NCBI GenBank assembly: GCA_034439655.1
Contig: JAWXAU010000091.1
Location: forward strand, 1,129 to 65,128
Reading direction: 5' to 3'
Length of the DNA: 64,000 nucleotides
Source of the DNA: Bacteroidota bacterium
GTDB taxonomy: Bacteria > Bacteroidota > Bacteroidia > UKL13-3
Made by a program: the position numbers and the translations under genes. Below the pieces are notes generated by a model that had not been told where the DNA came from, ran no database searches, and saw only the letters and a program-made list of their open reading frames with translations. How positions within the stretch are numbered: the first letter of the stretch is position 1; every line of letters begins with the position of its first letter. This document shows, in pieces, positions 48,958 through 58,189 of this stretch.

Positions 48958-50844
48958 ATGCAGCAGATTAATAACTTCGAGGCATATCTAAAAGCGTATC
49001 AAAATTCCATAAATAATCCTGAGCTATTTTGGAGTGAGGTAGCTAACGATTTTCATTGGACAAAACCATGGAAATCCACGCTGGAATGGAACTTCACCGA
49101 ACCTCATATACAATGGTTTAAAGGTGGAGAAACCAATCTCTGTTATAATTGTTTAGATCGGCATTTGCCCGAAAAAGCAAATCAAACTGCTATCATATTT
49201 GAGCCCAATAATCCTAATGATGTGGTAAGAAAGTTATCGTACCAAGAATTATATATAGAAGTTTGCAAATTTGCCAATGTATTAAAATCATTGGGCGTAA
49301 AAAAGGGGGATCGAGTATGCATATATACGCCCATGGTGCCCGAGGGAGCCATCGCCATGCTTGCTTGTGCAAGAATAGGTGCTGTTCATTCTGTTGTTTT
49401 TGCTGGGTTTTCTGCTACTTCTTTGGCTGATAGAATTAATGACAGCGAATGTAAAATATTAATTACAGCCGATGCAGTTTATCGTGGCGACAAACTTGTC
49501 GCACTCAAAAATATAGCAGATGATGCTTTGCAAAATTGCCCCTCCATCGAGCATTGTATTATATATAATAACCGCAGCGAGAATGTGAATATGGTAACTA
49601 GTCGTGATTTGTGGTGGCATGAATTGATGACTGATATAAGTGCTGAATGTCATTCAGTACCAATGGATGCAGAAGATCCCTTATTTATATTATATACTTC
49701 AGGATCTACCGGAAAACCAAAAGGCGTATTACATACTACAGGTGGCTATATGATATATGTGGGCTATACTTTTTTAAATGTATTTAATTACCAGAAAGAA
49801 GAAATATTTTGGTGTACTGCCGATATTGGTTGGGTTACAGGACACAGCTATTTGATATATGGTCCGCTATTGAATGGTGCTACTACCGTCATGTTTGAAG
49901 GTGTTCCAAATTTTCCAAATGCAGGACGATTTTGGGAAGTAGTAGACAAACACAAAGTTAATATATTTTATACAGCTCCCACGGCTATCCGTGCATTGGA
50001 AGCCCAAGGTACGCAGTGGTTTGATGGAAAAAGTTTATCAAGTTTAAGAGTATTGGGAAGTGTGGGAGAACCTATTAATGAGGAAGCTTGGCAATGGTAT
50101 CATAAAAATGTCGGTCATACAAATTGTCCGATTGTAGATACTTGGTGGCAAACAGAAACGGGTGGAATTTTAATATCGCCGATTGCTGGTATTACACCTT
50201 TAAAACCTGCCTTTGCAACCTTGCCCTTGCCCGGAATCCAACCTGTGTTAATAGACACAGAAGGAAAAGAAATTGAAGGGAATGATGTAGAAGGAAATCT
50301 ATGTATTAAGTTTCCTTGGCCTGGAATGAGTCGTACTTTATATGGGGACCACGAACGTTTCCGACAAACTTATTATAATACGTATCACAATTATTATTTT
50401 ACAGGCGATGGTGCCCGACGAGATTCAGAAGGTTATTATAGAATTACTGGAAGGGTGGATGATGTGATTAATGTGTCGGGTCATCGCATAGGAACAGGCG
50501 AGGTAGAAGATGCAATTAATAGCCATGCGTCGGTAGTAGAAAGTGCGGTAGTTGGTTACCCGCATGAAATAAAGGGACAAGGAATTTTCGCCTTTGTTAT
50601 TATAACAGAATACCAAGAAAATTTGAATGTAGAAATTAAAGAGGCCGTTTCAAAAGTTATTGGCCCCTTTGCCCGACCAGATAAAATTATTATAGTTCCA
50701 GGTTTACCAAAAACTCGTTCAGGAAAAATTATGCGTCGTATACTGCGTAAAATTGCCGAGGGTGATGTATCTAATTTGGGGGATACATCTACCTTGCTCG
50801 ACCCCGGAGTTGTGGAGCAGATAAAGGTGTTGGCGGGGGTGTAG
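48958..50844 (+). CDS. acs: Acetyl-CoA synthetase (acetate--CoA ligase)
   Basis: 628 aa. AMP-binding motif YTSGSTGKPKG. Collinear with Acs, including the C-terminal lysine region (PKTRSGKIMRR). Confidence 0.9.
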   Translation: MQQINNFEAYLKAYQNSINNPELFWSEVANDFHWTKPWKSTLEWNFTEPHIQWFKGGETNLCYNCLDRHLPEKANQTAIIFEPNNPNDVVRKLSYQELYIEVCKFANVLKSLGVKKGDRVCIYTPMVPEGAIAMLACARIGAVHSVVFAGFSATSLADRINDSECKILITADAVYRGDKLVALKNIADDALQNCPSIEHCIIYNNRSENVNMVTSRDLWWHELMTDISAECHSVPMDAEDPLFILYTSGSTGKPKGVLHTTGGYMIYVGYTFLNVFNYQKEEIFWCTADIGWVTGHSYLIYGPLLNGATTVMFEGVPNFPNAGRFWEVVDKHKVNIFYTAPTAIRALEAQGTQWFDGKSLSSLRVLGSVGEPINEEAWQWYHKNVGHTNCPIVDTWWQTETGGILISPIAGITPLKPAFATLPLPGIQPVLIDTEGKEIEGNDVEGNLCIKFPWPGMSRTLYGDHERFRQTYYNTYHNYYFTGDGARRDSEGYYRITGRVDDVINVSGHRIGTGEVEDAINSHASVVESAVVGYPHEIKGQGIFAFVIITEYQENLNVEIKEAVSKVIGPFARPDKIIIVPGLPKTRSGKIMRRILRKIAEGDVSNLGDTSTLLDPGVVEQIKVLAGV

Positions 50845-50857
50845 CGGTGTGGTTGGT

Positions 50858-50929
50858 GATTTGATAACTTTGACTGCGTCGACGATTGCAAAGTTGTCAA
50901 ATCTTCGTGTCGTGGCAAGTTGTCAAATC
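50858..50929. repeat. GATTTGACAA / TTGTCAAATC motif cluster B
   Basis: gatttgataac (50858), ttgtcaaatc (50894) and ttgtcaaatc (50920). Downstream of acs. Confidence 0.6.
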
Positions 50930-51213
50930 TGCATCGTGTACCAAATCAGCTCGTGGTTTAATACGCACCATCAAATGAAAATGATTGCCCAATAAACAAT
51001 AGGTATAAGTATCCACTAGGGGCGTTAAATATTTATCATATTGTTTTAGAAAAAAACTGTAATTCCTTTCATTACAGAACATAGATTTTTATCTATGCTT
51101 CTTTTGTATACATGATAAAATTTATCTTCTTCGAATCGGGTATAATAATGTGCGACTTTTGCCATATTTGTAGTGGGTTATAATATATTCCAGATACAAT
51201 ATTCTGCGGCAAA

Positions 51214-51262
51214 TTTGACAATTTGTGTTGCCGGGGAATTTGTGGGTCGTATATTTGACAAC
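51214..51262. repeat. GATTTGACAA motif cluster C (opposite orientation)
   Basis: atttgacaa at 51214 and 51254, 40 bp apart. Confidence 0.55.
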
Positions 51263-51346
51263 TCTGCCAAACACCATCAAAAAAGGCGGAGGAAAAATAT
51301 ATAATGATATATTCCCTCCGCCTTGCTAACGATTATAAATTATAAA

Positions 51347-51769
51347 TTAATTCCCGCACACGCAGTGGCCTGCGGCATCACATGCTGCTTTACATTCACC
51401 GCTGCAATCGCTACAGCTACAAGCATCTTCCTTGTCGCAACTGACATCGCATGATGAGCCAGCTATATTTGAAGCTACTGTTTTTGAAGTAGCTGCACCT
51501 TGAACAGTTTTACTATCACAACATTCGCTGCCAGGGGTGCATACACAGTGACCTGCTTCATCGCATTTGGCTTTGCATTCGTCTGGGCAATCTTCGCAAG
51601 TACAGGGTCCGTCACTATCGCATTTTGTATTCGTAGTTTGTGAGGTTTTGTCCTTTTTGCAACAGGCTTTTCCTTCTTCTTTGCAACATGAACCATTGAA
51701 CGCGTATACTACGCCTGCTATTCCTACTACCGCAACAATGGCGGCAATTATCCAATATGATTTTTTCAT
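51347..51769 (-). CDS. Membrane-anchored cysteine-rich protein with a tandemly repeated C.C.DC..ECKA.CD.AGHCVC module (putative metal-binding)
   Basis: 140 aa with an N-terminal TM helix. ~27 Cys. The motif CTCEDCPDECKAKCDEAGHCVC recurs as CSCSDCSGECKAACDAAGHCVC. Confidence 0.55.
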   Translation of the reverse strand: MKKSYWIIAAIVAVVGIAGVVYAFNGSCCKEEGKACCKKDKTSQTTNTKCDSDGPCTCEDCPDECKAKCDEAGHCVCTPGSECCDSKTVQGAATSKTVASNIAGSSCDVSCDKEDACSCSDCSGECKAACDAAGHCVCGN

Positions 51770-51872
51770 TTTAGTATTTTGTTTATTTTAGTATACCCTC
51801 ACGGCGATATACCATTTGTTTAATTAAGCAACCGTAATTTGCTATAATAATAGATGTTTAATTTTTGTGGTA

Positions 51873-51942
51873 GATTTGACAACGCAGCCAAAGCCTGTGC
51901 GAACACGGAGTTGTTAAAATGCGGTGGTTGATTTGTCAAATC
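51873..51942. repeat. GATTTGACAA / TTGTCAAATC motif cluster D
   Basis: gatttgacaac (51873) and gatttgtcaaatc (51930). Lies in the spacer between the two Cys-rich genes. Confidence 0.6.
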
Positions 51943-51956
51943 AGTGCTGCATAATC

Positions 51957-52343
51957 TCAGCAACTAAAACGCCCTATAAGCAAATGTTTTCGATATTTGC
52001 TAACTAAAGGCGGCCCATGCAAATTGATATAGTGAACATCGTAATTAGATGGGATACTTGCAAGATGATAAATAGGTGCAGAAGGGAGCAGAGCCATGGA
52101 ACAAGAATGATTGGGCTCAGTAATACTAGCTGCGGCTACATGGTCGGTATGAACTTTCAAATAGAAATTTTGATCATGGCAACAACCTTCTTCTTCACAT
52201 CCTTCATCGCAACCGCAATCGGCATCTGCACCACTGAAAATAACAGCACTAAGCTCCTCACCGCAGAAATGCAATCTCACTGCCACCCCAGTAATACTAA
52301 GGATATAAAGCGAAACGGCAAAGATGGCTGCGAACTTTTTCAT
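51957..52343 (-). CDS. HYC_CC_PP-like protein (signal peptide; HFC, CC and PP motifs)
   Basis: 128 aa. ...RLHFCGEE...CGCDEGCEEEGCCHD...LHGPPL. Recalls the Bacteroidetes HYC_CC_PP family that neighbours TonB-dependent receptors. Assignment is from memory of the motif order. Confidence 0.45.
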   Translation of the reverse strand: MKKFAAIFAVSLYILSITGVAVRLHFCGEELSAVIFSGADADCGCDEGCEEEGCCHDQNFYLKVHTDHVAAASITEPNHSCSMALLPSAPIYHLASIPSNYDVHYINLHGPPLVSKYRKHLLIGRFSC

Positions 52344-52392
52344 AATTCAATTACAAAGTTAGTGCATTGCAAGAGTACAGCCAAATTTATTT

Positions 52393-52537
52393 TTGGGGCA
52401 AACCGTCATTCTGATCCCGACTTATCGGGATTCAATTTGAAGAATCTCATTATAGTTTGCACTATATCAAATAGGTCTTCGAATTCATGAGATTCTTCGC
52501 CCGAAGCGGGTTCGATAGCTATCGGACTCAGAATGAC
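52393..52537. repeat. MITE-like element, CGTCATTCTGA family (complete copy)
   Basis: Near-identical architecture to 41379..41510. Immediately downstream of the TonB-dependent receptor gene. Confidence 0.8.
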
Positions 52538-52545
52538 GGTTCCAA

Positions 52546-54999
52546 TTATATCAAAGGCACTACAATCTTAAAACTAAAATTCCTACCCATATTATTTATC
52601 CCACTTCTGCCCGTATAATTTTGAGGATAATTGTCCATATACTTTAGTCGGCTCATATTGCTTTGATATACCATATTAGTTAGGTTAGTACCTATTATAT
52701 TAAAAGTGAAAAGTATATGTCCTTTTTTATTTACCACATTTGCACCAAAACCCGCATCCAACAACGTGTATCCTGCTGTAAAGGTTTCTGTGCCATAAGC
52801 TAGAAAAACTCTATTTTGTGGAGCATTATATCGAACATCAAATTTTACAAAACCTTGGGTGAAACACAGCCACTTTTTATTGAGTTCAGCACGGATTTCG
52901 TGCGATGTTCTTAAAGGTGGAATAAGAGGCAAATACTTGGTACTATCATTTAAAATTGCCCCGTTTCCTCCCAAATTTTGTGCATATACTACCGAAATTG
53001 CATTTTCAAAATGCAACCAATCATAAGGATGTGGATGGGCATCAACAGATACTTCTCCACCCCACAAACCTGCATTGGTTTGGTGAAATTTGAATACTGG
53101 ATATGCATTCCCATTTTGATTATATATTGAATCACCTCCTTGTATATTTAGTAGTTTTTGATTATATATATAATAGCTAAGTCTGTTATAAAAAACCTCA
53201 CTACTTATAGTAAAATGTTTACCATAATAAAATGCTCCAAAATCGCTCTGCAGGCTAAATTCGGGCTTGAAATTGGCATCGCCTAATTGTTGGAAACTGG
53301 TGCCGGGATGTACTCCTTTTGCAGAGATTTCTGCAATATTTGGTGAACGATAACCGCGTGCAATATTGAACTTATAACATAGTTTTTCACTTCTATTATA
53401 GGTTGCCCCGATGCTCGAGCTCATCCCCGAAAATATATGTTTGTAGTTTTCAAACTGCCATGAAATAGTACTGTCATTCATATTATAAGGTGTTTGTATA
53501 TCAAAACCATTTGTGGCATCTGTTTTTGTATATAATGCTTGGTTGCTGAACGAACGTATATCATATCTTGCTCCTACACTAAAATCAAATTTTTTTACCG
53601 ACTTTTTGATATAAAAAAATGGGCCTATGTCAAATGATTTATAGGCCGGGATAACAAAATCGGTAGCGGTTGCAGCATTTTTGTTTGACTGAACCATGCC
53701 ATTCAACCCTGCGGTAATATGGTATTCTTTATACGGTTGAAAAATATATTTTATATCATAAGTTGCAGTGTTTAAAATTAAATTTAGTCCTGCCAAATCC
53801 GCATACAATGGATGGCTATATTCCCGTCTATGACTTTGTTGCAAACCAAGCTTGACCGTGAGTCTGCTCTTGCCGATAAAAAAGTTTGTGGCAGAATATA
53901 AACGATAATGTTGCACATGCTGATGTATTACATTAATATCATAAGAATTCAAATCGCGAGCGTCAGCAATAAGGCGAATAGTATCTTCCTCACTTACTTT
54001 TTTCGTAAATTTGCGTGTTGCAGAATCACGACTGCCATCGGGGATCTCTTGTATGTTATCATATACTGAAAAATTTAAAGAACTAATTCCCCATTTTTTT
54101 GCTATCCCAATATTTGCATTTAAATCCCTTTCATGGTATTTGGTCCCGAATACTTTTCCATCGTATTTATTATAATAATTACTCGCTTGTTTTTCTGACA
54201 TTCTAAAGCCCCATATAATGCCTTTGTTATTTCCTGCAAGCCCTAAAGAAGTAGCCCATTGCTGATTATTACTTTGATAATTTCCAGTAAAATTTCCGCG
54301 TATCAGCCCCCTAGCAACTGGATTAGCAGGAATTAAATTTACTACTCCTGCCAATGCATCCGAACCATACATTAAACTGGCAGGACCTTTCACAATTTCT
54401 ATACGGTCTATTAAATATTGATCTACTTCAATGCCATGCTCATCGCCCCATTGTTGGCCGTCTTGTCGCACGCCGTCAAATAAAGTTAGAATACGGTTGT
54501 ATCCCAATCCTCTTATATAAGGTTTTGATACATTCGGTCCTGTAGTAACCGCACTCACGCCTGGAACTTTTGCAATTAAGTCTATAATATTGGCGGCTTG
54601 ATTTTGTTGTATATATCTTCTATCAATACGCACCATAGGTATTGGACTTTTTCGTTCGTCGGTGGGCGATCCTACACCTGTTACTACTGCACCATGCAGC
54701 TCAACTGCTGAGTGTGACAGTACCAAAGAAATTAAACTTTTCATGGTATTATTTATCGTGATAATTTTTTGAGAAAAACCTGTTGCGGAAATCTCTACCA
54801 AAAAATTCCCACTTGGTAAGTTTTGTATATTAAAAAAACCTAAGCTGTCTGATAATTCCGTTGTTTTTAAATCGGGAATATATATAGTTGCTGAGATTAT
54901 TGGTTTGTTGTCTTCGTCTATTACCCTACCTCGTATACCGTCTTTGGCGAGTAGTTGTAGGGGTAAAATATATATAAGTATTTGTATGATGTGTTTCAT
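52546..54999 (-). CDS. TonB-dependent outer-membrane receptor with an N-terminal carboxypeptidase-regulatory-like domain
   Basis: 817 aa. Signal peptide, CarbopepD_reg-like (GRVIDEDNKPIISATIYI), a plug (TonB-box region, ...IEIVKGPASLMYGSDALAGVVNL) and a long beta-barrel. Confidence 0.85.
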   Translation of the reverse strand: MKHIIQILIYILPLQLLAKDGIRGRVIDEDNKPIISATIYIPDLKTTELSDSLGFFNIQNLPSGNFLVEISATGFSQKIITINNTMKSLISLVLSHSAVELHGAVVTGVGSPTDERKSPIPMVRIDRRYIQQNQAANIIDLIAKVPGVSAVTTGPNVSKPYIRGLGYNRILTLFDGVRQDGQQWGDEHGIEVDQYLIDRIEIVKGPASLMYGSDALAGVVNLIPANPVARGLIRGNFTGNYQSNNQQWATSLGLAGNNKGIIWGFRMSEKQASNYYNKYDGKVFGTKYHERDLNANIGIAKKWGISSLNFSVYDNIQEIPDGSRDSATRKFTKKVSEEDTIRLIADARDLNSYDINVIHQHVQHYRLYSATNFFIGKSRLTVKLGLQQSHRREYSHPLYADLAGLNLILNTATYDIKYIFQPYKEYHITAGLNGMVQSNKNAATATDFVIPAYKSFDIGPFFYIKKSVKKFDFSVGARYDIRSFSNQALYTKTDATNGFDIQTPYNMNDSTISWQFENYKHIFSGMSSSIGATYNRSEKLCYKFNIARGYRSPNIAEISAKGVHPGTSFQQLGDANFKPEFSLQSDFGAFYYGKHFTISSEVFYNRLSYYIYNQKLLNIQGGDSIYNQNGNAYPVFKFHQTNAGLWGGEVSVDAHPHPYDWLHFENAISVVYAQNLGGNGAILNDSTKYLPLIPPLRTSHEIRAELNKKWLCFTQGFVKFDVRYNAPQNRVFLAYGTETFTAGYTLLDAGFGANVVNKKGHILFTFNIIGTNLTNMVYQSNMSRLKYMDNYPQNYTGRSGINNMGRNFSFKIVVPLI

Positions 55000-55043
55000 T
55001 GTTTTTTTTGGTTTGCAGTCATTCCTATTAAATCGCCATTGTG

Positions 55044-55206
55044 TTCGCCGCGGCGAATTGTTTCAATACGAAGAATCTGTTGGATCGTAGTCGAAACCCG
55101 CTCCCTATGAACAGATTCTTCGTCTCGTTTATAAAGTATTTCTAAATATTAGAAATTATCGTTTGACGAGACTCAGAATGACGTTGATGCTGACTCAGAA
55201 TGACGG
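55044..55206. repeat. Composite palindromic repeat (TTCGCCGCGGCGAA + CGAAGAATCTG hairpin + two ACTCAGAATGACG termini)
   Basis: ttcgccgcggcgaa at 55044. cgaagaatctg(55069)...cagattcttcg(55112). actcagaatgacg at 55171 and 55193. Confidence 0.7.
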
Positions 55207-55264
55207 TAATGAATGATGTTAAAAGAAATAAAATGGGTTAATCAATAGTAAAAAAACTATAATA

Positions 55265-55672
55265 TTAACAAAAACCAAAAACAGGTGGCCCTTTATTGGC
55301 AGCACGCAACAAAAATTCTTGGTGCGAAGCTATATATATAATTTGCTTAGGAGCAAGTAATGTTATAATATCTTTTTGAAATGGAAGTGTTGCACTTTCC
55401 AGATATTTTGCTGTTTCAAATTTGCATAATTTGCAGTGTTCTTTCTCGGTAGTAATATGCTGACTATGTCCACAGATTGATTGTGTTAGATTTCCAGGCA
55501 ATAAGGTGGCTACCATACAAGCATGCTCGGGCTCATCGTGAATATGAGTTGGGTTCACACAAACTTCAAACTCATGCTCGTGCCACAAACCTGCAGGTAT
55601 TTGGCAGAAGCTGAATACCACTAGTATGAACCAAGTTTGTAGCTGTTTGTAAAATATCATTTGCGAGGGCAA
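55265..55672 (-). CDS. His/Cys-rich putative metal-binding protein
   Basis: 135 aa with an N-terminal hydrophobic segment. HEHEFEVCVNPTHIHDEPEHACM...CGHSQH...EHCKLCKF. Confidence 0.45.
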   Translation of the reverse strand: MPSQMIFYKQLQTWFILVVFSFCQIPAGLWHEHEFEVCVNPTHIHDEPEHACMVATLLPGNLTQSICGHSQHITTEKEHCKLCKFETAKYLESATLPFQKDIITLLAPKQIIYIASHQEFLLRAANKGPPVFGFC

Positions 55673-55719
55673 AGATAGGGGAGGGATTTTGGATATAGGA
55701 CATAGGATTTTGGATATGG

Positions 55720-55851
55720 TTCGCCGCGGGGAATGGGGGTTGCTGACGCATGATTTAATTGCGATGTTTATGAACTAAGAAGTAGGATTTAGTGCTTGCT
55801 ACTATAAGATTCTTCGAATTGAATCCCGATAAGTCGGGATCAGAATGACGG
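55720..55851. repeat. Half-element of the CGTCATTCTGA family (inverse orientation) plus TTCGCCGCGGGGAA
   Basis: agattcttcgaattgaatcccgataagtcgggatcagaatgacgg is the reverse complement of the left end of 41379..41510. Confidence 0.65.
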
Positions 55852-55858
55852 CACAGGA

Positions 55859-56083
55859 CTACAAATCCCAAAGCCTATTGCGGCGGCGGCGGCGGATATA
55901 GCGTGTCATGTTTCGCCAAAAATCGACCACCATGCCAGCCACCACAAAGGGTGACCCTATAGCGATAAAACTGGTATATATAAAAAACATCCGCACCCTG
56001 CGGCTCTCAATACCCATGGTGTCGCCAAGAAAGCTAAACATTTTGAAGGCTGATTTTTCTATATAATACTTTAATTGTTCCAT
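55859..56083 (-). CDS. Small hypothetical membrane protein (PspC-like?)
   Basis: 74 aa. One TM helix and an Arg-rich C-terminus encoded by a (GCG)n run. Weak resemblance to PspC domain proteins. Confidence 0.3.
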   Translation of the reverse strand: MEQLKYYIEKSAFKMFSFLGDTMGIESRRVRMFFIYTSFIAIGSPFVVAGMVVDFWRNMTRYIRRRRRNRLWDL

Positions 56084-56181
56084 ATACTTTTATGAACCAC
56101 AAATATATTAAATTTCTTTTACAAAAAAATAATTTTATTCTGTCTTTTTTATCCCTGTTCCCATAGTACTTTTGCTTATTG

Positions 56182-58107
56182 ATGCGTTCACGTTTTTTTT
56201 ATATAGTTTTAGGAATAGGTCTCTTACTTGCGAAGCAAGCAGATGCCCAAATTTTTGAGCAAGAATCCATTGCCAAACAAGAGCTGGAATATCATCTTAA
56301 AAAACCACTTGCCAAGCCACGGTCATTTACGGCCAATTATCATGTGCATCATTACAATTTGAATTTATTATTGAATCCCGATACACAATATGTGCAGGGC
56401 AGTAATGCGGTATCTCTTAAAGTATTGAGCAATGCATCGTCCTTGGAAATTGATTTGAGCAGCAAGCTAATTGTCGACTCACTTTTCTCAAGCAAAGGCA
56501 AAGAAAAATATATTCATTTAGCTGATGTTATATATATAAATTTAGCAAGTTCATTACCGAAAGGAAGCTCAGAAACTATAACTATATACTATCATGGAAG
56601 GCCGAGTGGAACTGGATTCGGATCGTTTGGAATAGGTAAGAATAAAACAGGTAAAATGCTATGGACCCTCTCGCAACCTTATGGGGCAAGCGATTGGTGG
56701 CCTTGCAAAAACACTTTGAATGATAAAGCTGACTCCCTTGATGTATCAGTAACTACTGGCAAAACATATAATGTTGCCTCAAATGGGTTATTGGTTGATT
56801 CAAGCACACAAGATACATTTATTACAAGACATTGGCGACACCGTTATACCATTGCTGCCTATTTGGTGGCAGTTGCCGTAGGGCAATATGATATATATAG
56901 TAATTGGGCTCATTTAAAAAACGACAGTGTTGAGATATTAAATTATGTGTTTCCTGAAAGTTTGCAGAGTGCCATAACGAATACAAAGGATGTGGTAAGT
57001 TTTATAGAACTCTTTAGTAAATTATTTATTGACTATCCATTCAAAAAAGAAAAATATGGACATGCCGAGTTTGGTTGGGGCGGTGGAATGGAACACCAAA
57101 CTATGAGTTTTATGGGTAAATTTAATTGGGATTTGGAAGCCCACGAACTTGCCCACCAATGGTTTGGCGACTGGGTTACCTGCGGCAGTTGGCAGGATAT
57201 TTGGCTCAATGAAGCATTCGCTACTTACCTCAACGGACTTACCTATGAATTCTTAAAAACACAACAGGATTTTACCAATTGGAAAGCTCAGGTTTCTGAT
57301 GGTGTGATGCTGTTGCCCGATGGTTCAGTGCTATGCAAAGACACTAGCAATGCGTATAAAATATTTGATAGCCGATTGGTATATAGTAAAGGTGCGATGG
57401 TATTGCACATGTTGCGTCAAACACTGGGTGATTCCTTGTTCTTTTTGGCTTGCAGAAATCATTTGAATAACCGCGGAGGAAACTATGCAGTAACCACAAA
57501 TTTTATTGATGAATGTGAAAAAACTACAGGCAAAAAACTCGATACATTTTTCTCCGAATGGTATTATGGCGAAGGTTTTCCTATTTTCAATATCTTGTGG
57601 GAACGCCTGCCATCAGGCGAGTTGAGCATTGATATAGAACAAAATCCATCCAGTAGCACGGTTAGTTTTTTCCATATCCCTGTGGAATTACAATGCAAGA
57701 ATGGAGTTCAGTTTTATGATTTTAAATTATACCCACAACAAAATAAAGAACATTTCACCCTCAAACCTCCCTTCGATGCAGATACTATAATATATAATCC
57801 TTATTATAATTGGTTGGGTTCTGCCACATTAAAAAACACAACAAACTTAACAGGAAAAGGCGAAGTATTATTGTTATTCCCAAACCCCGCAAAAGACAAA
57901 TTACAGATCAAACTATTATATCCCAATACTATAAAAAGTATATATATAACCGACAACCATGGCAAGCTAGTCATGGATTGGAGCACCACAGGTAATCCTT
58001 CTAATTTTTATGAAGCAGATATATCAACATTTTCATCGGGAGAATATATAATAACGGCGGTAAACCAAAATGGGCAAAGGTTTAGTGAGAAATTTGTGGT
58101 TTTGTAG
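56182..58107 (+). CDS. M1-family zinc aminopeptidase with a T9SS C-terminal sorting domain
   Basis: Signal peptide. HELAHQWFGD...E (HExxH+E zincin motif). C-terminal ...LLLFPNPAKDKLQIKL...YITDNHGKLV...GEYIITAV T9SS type-A CTD. Confidence 0.8.
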   Translation: MRSRFFYIVLGIGLLLAKQADAQIFEQESIAKQELEYHLKKPLAKPRSFTANYHVHHYNLNLLLNPDTQYVQGSNAVSLKVLSNASSLEIDLSSKLIVDSLFSSKGKEKYIHLADVIYINLASSLPKGSSETITIYYHGRPSGTGFGSFGIGKNKTGKMLWTLSQPYGASDWWPCKNTLNDKADSLDVSVTTGKTYNVASNGLLVDSSTQDTFITRHWRHRYTIAAYLVAVAVGQYDIYSNWAHLKNDSVEILNYVFPESLQSAITNTKDVVSFIELFSKLFIDYPFKKEKYGHAEFGWGGGMEHQTMSFMGKFNWDLEAHELAHQWFGDWVTCGSWQDIWLNEAFATYLNGLTYEFLKTQQDFTNWKAQVSDGVMLLPDGSVLCKDTSNAYKIFDSRLVYSKGAMVLHMLRQTLGDSLFFLACRNHLNNRGGNYAVTTNFIDECEKTTGKKLDTFFSEWYYGEGFPIFNILWERLPSGELSIDIEQNPSSSTVSFFHIPVELQCKNGVQFYDFKLYPQQNKEHFTLKPPFDADTIIYNPYYNWLGSATLKNTTNLTGKGEVLLLFPNPAKDKLQIKLLYPNTIKSIYITDNHGKLVMDWSTTGNPSNFYEADISTFSSGEYIITAVNQNGQRFSEKFVVL

Positions 58108-58189
58108 GAATATTGAGCAAAAAAAATTATTTTGTTGTTTGGAATCAGCGTATTACATTTGTGAATTGACATTAAATTGTATATAGATC

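Noticed and set aside
50556-51082. ORFs 50556..50918(-) and 50897..51082(-) downstream of acs
   Set aside because: Antisense to the acs 3' end or running over GATTTGACAA repeat cluster B. No signal or domain. Spurious.
55883-55897. (GCG)5 microsatellite as a phase-variation tract
   Set aside because: It lies inside the small ORF 55859..56083, where it encodes an Arg run, and triplet slippage would preserve the frame. No evidence for variation.
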